Translations under genes and position numbers: made by a program
Part shown: positions 57,275 to 64,000 of the stretch, piece after piece
Position numbering within the stretch: position 1 is the first letter of the stretch
Layout of the letters: every line of letters begins with the position of its first letter
From: Christensenella sp. UBA6094
Lineage (GTDB): Bacteria; Bacillota; Clostridia; Christensenellales; UBA6094
Reading direction: 5' to 3'
Assembly: GCA_002435915.1 (NCBI GenBank)
Contig: DIWY01000003.1
Span: 73,369 to 137,368, forward strand
Length of the DNA: 64,000 nt
Notes under the pieces: generated by a model
The model's input: only the letters and a program-made list of their open reading frames with translations
Told to the model about the DNA's origin: nothing
Database searches by the model: none

Positions 57275-58726
57275 ATGGATCTGCCCATAATTGAAGCAAT
57301 ATATTTTGTAAATTTCTTAACAATAATTGCTACAGTATATTTTGAAAGAAAAAAACCAGTTAATGCTATAGCTTGGATATTTGCAATAATTTTGCTGCCA
57401 ATGTTTGGATTTGTTATTTACATAATATTTGGTAGAAGTTTACGCACGACTCACAGAAATATATTTAAAAACAAAAAAGAGTATGATGCTCTTTACCAAG
57501 TTTGGATTACAGAAGATAAACATTTTTTAGACTCGAGAGGTAAATCTATTGCAGATAAAAGCTTTGAGAAATACTATGACATTATTGAAATGAATTTTAA
57601 TGCGAATGGAAGCATGTATTTTAGAGATAATGACATAACAATATTTACTTCGGGAGAAGAAAAATATACTGCACTGTTCAAAGATATAGAAAACGCTACA
57701 GAAACAATACATATTTTGTATTATAGTATAAATAACGATGATATCGGCAGAAAGTTTATAGATTTGCTCTCCAAAAAAGCCGCTGAGGGAGTAAAGGTTA
57801 GGCTAATATATGACCATGCTGCTAACTGGATTTCTCCAGGCAAAATGTTCGCGCCTTTAATAGAATCAGGAGGCGACGTCTGTAGTTTCTTTCCTTTAAA
57901 ATTCGGAACATATCTGAGGTTTAACTATAGAAACCATCGTAAAATTGCAGTAATCGATGGCAAGTACGCTTATATGGGAGGCATGAATATTGGAGATGAA
58001 TACTTAGGGCTGCATAGGCGTATTAAACCGTGGAGAGATACACATATTAGAATAACAGGAACGTCAGTCCATTGTGTTCAACTAAGATTTTTGATGGACT
58101 GGTATCATGCTTCAATTAATGAAAGAGAAATTGACGATTCTATGCTTGAAAGTCTCTTTCCAAAGCCGGAAAAAACAGGGGATATAGGATTGCAATTAGT
58201 ATCGGGCGGTCCTGATTCTAACGATGAGCAGATTAAACGTGGATTCATTAAAATGATTAATTCATCTAGAAAAAAAATATACATTCAAACACCGTATTTC
58301 ATACCGGATGAGTCTTTTCTTGAAGCACTGCAAATTGCTGCAACGTCAGGAGTGGATGTAAGAGTAATGCTCCCTTTCGTTGCTGACAAAATGTTTGTTA
58401 ATAGAGCCACAACTTCTTATATAAAAGATTTACTAGACTACGGTATAAAAGTATATCTTTATCCAGGATTCCTTCATTCAAAAATGATAATAATGGATGA
58501 TGAAATAACTTCGATAGGTTCATCAAATATGGACATAAGAAGCTTTATGTTAGACTTTGAGATAAATGCATTTATCTACAGTACTAAATTCACAAAGAAA
58601 TGCGTGAATATTTTTGAAAATGATATGGACAAATCTAAATTAGTAACCAAGGATTGGCACAATTCAAGAAGCCTATGGATTAAGTTTCAAGAAGGTTTAT
58701 TTAGATTGTTTTCTCCGATGCTTTAA
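57275..58726 (+). CDS. cls: Cardiolipin synthase
   Basis: Two N-terminal TM helices and two HKD motifs (HRKIAVIDG, HSKMIIMDD). Confidence 0.9.
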   Translation: MDLPIIEAIYFVNFLTIIATVYFERKKPVNAIAWIFAIILLPMFGFVIYIIFGRSLRTTHRNIFKNKKEYDALYQVWITEDKHFLDSRGKSIADKSFEKYYDIIEMNFNANGSMYFRDNDITIFTSGEEKYTALFKDIENATETIHILYYSINNDDIGRKFIDLLSKKAAEGVKVRLIYDHAANWISPGKMFAPLIESGGDVCSFFPLKFGTYLRFNYRNHRKIAVIDGKYAYMGGMNIGDEYLGLHRRIKPWRDTHIRITGTSVHCVQLRFLMDWYHASINEREIDDSMLESLFPKPEKTGDIGLQLVSGGPDSNDEQIKRGFIKMINSSRKKIYIQTPYFIPDESFLEALQIAATSGVDVRVMLPFVADKMFVNRATTSYIKDLLDYGIKVYLYPGFLHSKMIIMDDEITSIGSSNMDIRSFMLDFEINAFIYSTKFTKKCVNIFENDMDKSKLVTKDWHNSRSLWIKFQEGLFRLFSPML

Positions 58727-58764
58727 TAAATTATTTACATGATTACTAGTTATTCTAAATTAAG

Positions 58765-60042
58765 ATGATACTTTTACGGGAGGTATACATTGTGCTCACA
58801 TTTCAACAATTATATGATAGGCTACTGAAAGCTTCAATGGAAGATCGGGTACCGGACGAATTGGATAAAATACATAAGGATAAGTTTGATCCGCATCAGT
58901 TGGACTGCCTATTGCATCCAGAACTATATCCGCCTGTAATCAGGCTTAATGATTGCAACTGTTCACAAGAAGAAAAAGCTGCCTGTGCTGGGAACTGTGT
59001 GTTTGATGCTTTATCCCAAGACAAAAATGGTAATGTAAATGTTAATCAAGATTTATGCGCTGGATGCGGTGATTGTATTGAAAAGTGCAAAGCTAAAAAC
59101 CTAACAGACAGAAAAGATATTTTGCCGATGCTAGAGGCGGTTTACAAATCCAAATCACCTGTGTATGCATTGATTGCGCCTGCTTTTGTTAACCAATTTA
59201 CTAGCGAAGTTACACCTGGCAAGTTGCGTTCAGCTTTTAAGCAAATTGGCTTCACTGGCATGGTAGAGTTAGCATTGTTTGCCGATATTCTAACATTAAA
59301 AGAAGCTCTGGAATTTGATAAAAATATTATTGAAGAAAAGGATTTTCAGTTGACAAGTTGTTGTTGTCCTATATGGATTGCACTAATCCGTAAGATTTAC
59401 AATCAACTTATGCCATATGTTCCTGGTTCTGTTTCACCAATGGTTGCATGTGGTCGTTCGGTTAAGACGTTGTACCCAGGTGCATTGACCGTATTTATTG
59501 GGCCTTGCATTGCTAAAAAAGCTGAAGCTAAGGAAAAAGATATTGCGGATGCAGTTGACTATGTGCTTACATTCCAAGAAGTTAGGGATATATTCGAATT
59601 AGCAGATATTGATCTAGCTAAATTGCCAGAGGATGAAAGGGATTATTCATCTCGCACTGGCAGAATATATGCAACTACTGGAGGAGTAAGCGAAGCAGTA
59701 CAGAATACGGTAAAAAGATTAAATCCAGATCGTTCATTAACTTTACGTGCAGCGCAGGCGGATGGAGTACCTGCTTGTAAAGCCATGCTAAACGATATTT
59801 TAAGCGGTAAGATAACTAACAATTTCTACGAAGGTATGGGTTGTGTTAATGGCTGTGTTGGCGGACCAAAAGCCTTAATCTCTAAAGAAGAAGGTCGAAA
59901 AAATGTTTATTCTTACGGTGATGAGGCAACTTATCTTACACCTATAGATAATCCATACGTGATAGAACTGCTTCACCGCCTTGGATTCGATACCGTGGAA
60001 AGCCTGCTTGAGCACAGCGATATATTCACACGCAAGTTTTAA
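58765..60042 (+). CDS. [FeFe]-hydrogenase-like protein (N-terminal 4Fe-4S domain + H-cluster domain with variant motifs)
   Basis: The ferredoxin-like Cys motif CAGCGDCIEKC is present. The H-cluster-type motifs are TSCCCPIW, GPCIAKKAE and GMGCVNGCVGGP. The true start may be the GTG/TTG near 58792, after GGAGG. Confidence 0.7.
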   Translation: MILLREVYIVLTFQQLYDRLLKASMEDRVPDELDKIHKDKFDPHQLDCLLHPELYPPVIRLNDCNCSQEEKAACAGNCVFDALSQDKNGNVNVNQDLCAGCGDCIEKCKAKNLTDRKDILPMLEAVYKSKSPVYALIAPAFVNQFTSEVTPGKLRSAFKQIGFTGMVELALFADILTLKEALEFDKNIIEEKDFQLTSCCCPIWIALIRKIYNQLMPYVPGSVSPMVACGRSVKTLYPGALTVFIGPCIAKKAEAKEKDIADAVDYVLTFQEVRDIFELADIDLAKLPEDERDYSSRTGRIYATTGGVSEAVQNTVKRLNPDRSLTLRAAQADGVPACKAMLNDILSGKITNNFYEGMGCVNGCVGGPKALISKEEGRKNVYSYGDEATYLTPIDNPYVIELLHRLGFDTVESLLEHSDIFTRKF

Positions 60043-60256
60043 AATATGATTTTTGGATCAAAACTATAATAAATAAAAAGCTAAAGGGCTATAAACGTTT
60101 ATCAGTTTATAGCCCTTGAACTTTCAAAAATTTATATTATAAAGTTTTTGCAATGGAGCCAGACTAAGCGGGTGGTTAGGGTAGCTAAGCTATTCTTTGT
60201 CAATATTTTGATGCTACAGTATATATGCTTATAATTCATATATCATTCTTGTATTA

Positions 60257-61123
60257 CTATCTATGGATCCCATAAAAGAACAGTGCAACAGTTCCGGGTC
60301 CGACATGTGATCCAGTAACTGGCTCATAGTAGCAAATGAGAGTCTCGCCTTGATGGCCACTTTCTCTAAGTCTCTGAGCCAAATGCTCTGCATCTTCTAC
60401 GCAATCACCGTGAGCAATACCTACAGGGGCATTCATGTCTGAAACAAGCTCTTGATATTTCTTAACAAGCGCTTCAAGTGCTTTTTTCCGTCCTCGTGCA
60501 TTATGGTTTAGTACGATCATGCCATCATTATCGCCCATTAGTATTGGCTTAATTTGCAGAATGTTCCCTAAAATTGCGGTTGCACTTGAGACACGTCCGC
60601 CTTTTTTTAAGTACATCAAATCTTCAACCGTAAAATATTGGCATATTGATGCGCTGTTCTTTTGTGTAAGTGTAACGACTTCTTCAAAAGATGCTCCGCC
60701 TTCTTTCAGTCGAGCAGCAAATAGTACTGGAAGACCCTCGCCTAGCGATGCGGCTAGTGTATCTATTGTGGCTATTTTTCGAAGAGGATACCGCTCTCGC
60801 ATTTCTTCTGCAGCCTTGACTGAAGCATGGTAAGTTCCGCTTAAGCCACTGGACATTCCAATATAAATAATATCAATTCCTAAAACAAGACTCTTTTCAA
60901 ATGCGTCGCAAAAAGCGCTGGTGTTTATCATATCGGTTTTAACTTCAGCACCATTTCTCATGGCACTATAGAACAGTTTCCCGTCAAATTCTGCTTTGCT
61001 TTCTTCTGAAGATGGGAACTCTTCTCCGTTAACAGTATAGTGTAAAGGTATCTCTTCCAAATCATAATTTTGCATTATTTCAGCTGGAAGATTAGCTGAT
61101 GTGTCGGTATAAATCTTAAACAT
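60257..61123 (-). CDS. DegV family fatty-acid-binding protein
   Basis: The start MFKIYTDTSANLP is at 61123. DegV layout (SSGLSGTY). Confidence 0.85.
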   Translation of the reverse strand: MFKIYTDTSANLPAEIMQNYDLEEIPLHYTVNGEEFPSSEESKAEFDGKLFYSAMRNGAEVKTDMINTSAFCDAFEKSLVLGIDIIYIGMSSGLSGTYHASVKAAEEMRERYPLRKIATIDTLAASLGEGLPVLFAARLKEGGASFEEVVTLTQKNSASICQYFTVEDLMYLKKGGRVSSATAILGNILQIKPILMGDNDGMIVLNHNARGRKKALEALVKKYQELVSDMNAPVGIAHGDCVEDAEHLAQRLRESGHQGETLICYYEPVTGSHVGPGTVALFFYGIHR

Positions 61124-61249
61124 TTCAGTCAACCCTTTCTGAGCTCCAAGAAAACAGAGCAACAGTGCACGGTTACATGTGACTACCGATTGTTGTATTA
61201 ATACTGTTTGTTAGAACTTTTACTAGTTTTTTATAAGACAGGATATAAT

Positions 61250-63583
61250 CTAAATCTCTGTAACATAGGGTATACCGTTTTCTTGAGCATACTGAACAGC
61301 ATAGGCGCCAACTGCGGTATGGATCGTAAGCTCGTTGCAACGACCAAATGCCAGTTGTCCTATCTGCAAACAAGTGGCAGGAATGAAAGCTGTTTTCAGC
61401 TTGGTGCAGCCAGTAAAAGCACGGTCGAAAATAGCAATGCATGTTGGTGGAATCGTTATGTTAGCAAGCGAGTAACAGCTTGAAAATGCACCTGAGGCAA
61501 TGCTTAAGCATGTGGAGGGGAGGGTAATCTCTTTTAGTGACGAACAAGAAGAGAATACGTTGGCACTGATATTGGATAGACCATCAGGCAGCGTTAATGC
61601 GGTTAGACTGCCACAGCTTTTAAAAGCGTTTGCTACAATCTGCACAACACTTTTTGGTAAGTTGACAGATTTCAGACTGCTACAAACTGAAAATGAATTG
61701 TAGCCGATGCAATTGACGCCATCTGGGATGACAATGCTGGTCAGGCTTGAACATCCTGCAAACCAACTGTGACCTATTTTCTCACAGTTAGCTGGTAAAG
61801 TAATACTCTTAAGGCTTGAGCAGTTTTCAAAAATTGAATCGCAATGTTTTAATAATAGGCCATCAGGGATGTTAATTTCTTTAAGGTTGGTACAACTTTT
61901 GAAAGCGAAGTCGCCAATTTCAGTAACGCCATCGGGAATAGAAATTTCAGTAAGACTTTTGCACTCTTTAAAAGCGCCTAGTCGTATTTTAGTTACACTT
62001 TCCGGAATCGAAATGGTTTTTAGATTAGTACAACCCTTGAAAACATTAGGATTAAGCTCAGTTAGGCTGGAGGGAATTGCAAGTTCTGTAAGGCTAGTAC
62101 AATTTGCAAATGCTTGCTCGCCGATTTCACTTAAGCTGCTTGGAAGTACAATTTTCGTAAGGCTGACACAGCCGTTGAATGCGTTAGAGCCGATTTTTAT
62201 AAGACCTTCAGGCAAAACAACACTAGAAACTTCACCGTTTTTGTTACGACGGGTTCCAGAAAAGGCATTATCATAAATCTTTTTTACGTTGCTTGGCACG
62301 GCGATGTCTGTCTCGGTTCCAATGTATGCATATAGCACGTCGCCTAAAATAATAAAACCGTCTGAGTCTGCAAGACCTGTGCAACCATCGAATACATTGT
62401 CTCCCATGGTGACAATGCTTTTCGGTAGAACAATGGAGGAAAGACTAGTGCATCCTGAAAAAGCGCGTGTGCCGATTTCCGTTACTCCTTCTGGGATTAC
62501 GATACGAGTGAGATTCACACTACTATGGAACGCTTCTCCGCAGACAGTGCTAACATGTTTTTTTCCAACGGATACGGGAATTACGATATTCGTTTCGTCG
62601 CCGATGTAGCCTGAAATACCAATGGAACCATCTTTCAGTTCTAAAAAACTGTAGTTCTGGCGTAATTGAGACTCTGGTTGCGGTGTATCATCTCTATCCC
62701 GAAAGAATAGTACATTTTCATATTCATCCATTTCTTCAGTTGTAAAGTGCGTGTTTTTATAGTTAAGTAGTAGCGCTGTACAGGAAGTAGCTCGGATTGC
62801 TTGAGCGTTTGCCATCAATCTTTCTATTTCACCAATGGTTATTTTATGTGTGAGTTTAAGTACAAACAACAGCTGTACGCTATCGTTAGACAAGATGGAA
62901 AGGATAGAGGCACGATGTGCATTTTTTACAAGTAGATCTTTATAAAAAGAAGGGCGATTTGGGTAAAGCTTTACTACCCGCATGGCATAGCGTAGCTGGT
63001 CATCTAGAGTGCCAAGATTGTGGAACATGTTTTCGGCATAATCACCGAACAGGGAACGTGAACGATCTACAACTTGTGAAAAATCTGCTGTCCATACAGA
63101 CTGATCGTTACCTGGAAAAGGGATAACCTCGGTATGCTTTCCGTTGTAGTACACAAAGTCGATATCGCATGTGCTGAAGTAAAAGCGAATACGGTTATCT
63201 AAATAAGGTTGTGCAAAGGGATCGCAGACATGATCGCGGTGGAAGTTGCCATAACTGCTGTCATTTTTGTCGTAAACGATAATAGCAGGTAGTTTATGTG
63301 TATAACTTCCTTTAAAACGGTCAGTTTCTACATCCTCGTCTGTACAGTGCAACTCTAGTCGCTCAAGATGGGGATAATCAGTGATATAACGAAAGAAGGC
63401 ACCGTCACTCCAGCTGTCCAATAGCTCTGTGGACATCTCGTCTGCGGCGATTCTTTTGATGCTTTGTTTGGCTGCTGCGTCCACATCTTCAAGGGAAGTA
63501 TAAACGCGCCCATTCCAGCCTTCTCGTTTATGATGCGATAATAAAAGCGTGTCACCATTCTTATAAACGTAATAGTTACTCAT
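61250..63583 (-). CDS. BspA-type leucine-rich repeat (LRR_5) protein with an unknown ~330-aa N-terminal domain; no signal peptide
   Basis: 777 aa. About 15-17 tandem ~23-aa units of the form IP.(S)V..IG..AF..C.SL. Local GC is about 45%, against about 30% in a sampled 60-nt coding stretch elsewhere. Confidence 0.75.
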   Translation of the reverse strand: MSNYYVYKNGDTLLLSHHKREGWNGRVYTSLEDVDAAAKQSIKRIAADEMSTELLDSWSDGAFFRYITDYPHLERLELHCTDEDVETDRFKGSYTHKLPAIIVYDKNDSSYGNFHRDHVCDPFAQPYLDNRIRFYFSTCDIDFVYYNGKHTEVIPFPGNDQSVWTADFSQVVDRSRSLFGDYAENMFHNLGTLDDQLRYAMRVVKLYPNRPSFYKDLLVKNAHRASILSILSNDSVQLLFVLKLTHKITIGEIERLMANAQAIRATSCTALLLNYKNTHFTTEEMDEYENVLFFRDRDDTPQPESQLRQNYSFLELKDGSIGISGYIGDETNIVIPVSVGKKHVSTVCGEAFHSSVNLTRIVIPEGVTEIGTRAFSGCTSLSSIVLPKSIVTMGDNVFDGCTGLADSDGFIILGDVLYAYIGTETDIAVPSNVKKIYDNAFSGTRRNKNGEVSSVVLPEGLIKIGSNAFNGCVSLTKIVLPSSLSEIGEQAFANCTSLTELAIPSSLTELNPNVFKGCTNLKTISIPESVTKIRLGAFKECKSLTEISIPDGVTEIGDFAFKSCTNLKEINIPDGLLLKHCDSIFENCSSLKSITLPANCEKIGHSWFAGCSSLTSIVIPDGVNCIGYNSFSVCSSLKSVNLPKSVVQIVANAFKSCGSLTALTLPDGLSNISANVFSSCSSLKEITLPSTCLSIASGAFSSCYSLANITIPPTCIAIFDRAFTGCTKLKTAFIPATCLQIGQLAFGRCNELTIHTAVGAYAVQYAQENGIPYVTEI

Positions 63584-63598
63584 TTTTGTGTCCTTACT

Positions 63599-64000
63599 TT
63601 AAAGTTCGAGATCTGTGATTTCAGAAATGATTTCTTTCTGACGCTCATAGAATAGTAGTTCTTTGTTGTGACGGAAATATGCTTCACAGCCATAGCGACT
63701 GATAAATCTAGCTCCATAATAACTGGCAGTTAGCTCAGTTACAAGGATTAATAGTTCCTGACCCTCGCCAAAAGCGTTCTCGCAGAACAGGAACACATTG
63801 TTAAGATGTTTGCCTGCTTCTTTGGCATTTTTGCGCATTTCTGCAATGCGCTTATCAAAGTCTGCTTTGATTAGGGCAAAGGCAGTGCTAACGTTTGTTT
63901 CAGAATATACTAGTGCCTTTTGCTCATTCAAAATAGCGATGTTTTTAAGCATGCTGATTTGCTTTTCATCAGATAAATTTCCAGCTTGCTTACCACTTTC
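63599..64000 (-). CDS. Hypothetical protein, probably 5'-truncated by the window edge
   Basis: The frame stays open for all 16 codons upstream of ATG 63952, up to the window end. Lies 15 nt upstream of the LRR gene. No recognisable motif. Confidence 0.45.
   Translation of the reverse strand, partial: ESGKQAGNLSDEKQISMLKNIAILNEQKALVYSETNVSTAFALIKADFDKRIAEMRKNAKEAGKHLNNVFLFCENAFGEGQELLILVTELTASYYGARFISRYGCEAYFRHNKELLFYERQKEIISEITDLEL

Noticed and set aside
61208-62609. Several + strand ORFs (61208..61483, 61500..61703, 61869..62276, 62289..62609) opposite the LRR gene.
   Set aside because: They are antisense shadows of the repetitive LRR coding sequence. There is no RBS, the products are repetitive, and the minus-strand ORF is a continuous 777 codons with a clear repeat structure.

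Overview
The window is a 64-kb chromosomal segment from a low-GC, spore-forming Firmicute that looks Clostridia-like (GerM, RqcH, DegV, XhlA-type lysis genes, T-box and TPP leaders).

Left arm, 1-13.7 kb: a purine biosynthesis operon (3' part of purL, then purE-C-F-M-N-H-D), rqcH, gerM, rph-rdgB, and a four-gene tRNA operon (Arg-His-Gln-Lys).

13.9-15.1 kb: an MFS transporter gene bracketed by two near-identical terminator-like repeats.

15.3-32.2 kb, the outstanding feature: a prophage-derived cluster. It keeps a LexA/CI-type S24 repressor, a small early module, a complete non-contractile siphovirus-type tail module and a lysis cassette. The tail module has a terminator-like protein, two paralogous tube proteins, chaperones, a short 428-aa tape measure, Dit, and Tal with a tail-collar domain. 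The lysis cassette is amidase, XhlA, holin. There is no integrase, replication, terminase, portal or capsid gene. Only a decayed scaffold (GP20-like) fragment remains. I read this as a putative F-type, monocin-like phage-tail-like bacteriocin. It also carries a tandem array of four receptor-binding-protein genes that share an N-terminal module. Three copies are near-identical 0.5-kb direct repeats, and the C-terminal heads are unrelated.

Downstream of the cluster:
- a ClC homologue lacking the canonical gating residues;
- five tandem CxxC peroxiredoxin-like paralogues;
- two ABC systems (a NitT/TauT-like importer and a MacB/HlyD-type exporter);
- housekeeping genes: M20 amidohydrolases, rarA, GNATs, thiW behind a TPP riboswitch, a YfcC carrier, ilvE behind a T-box, trxA, Crp/Fnr, cls, a HydA-like protein, and DegV.

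Right edge: a higher-GC segment encoding a signal-less BspA-type LRR protein.

All functional calls come from motif and architecture recognition by eye. No database search was run.
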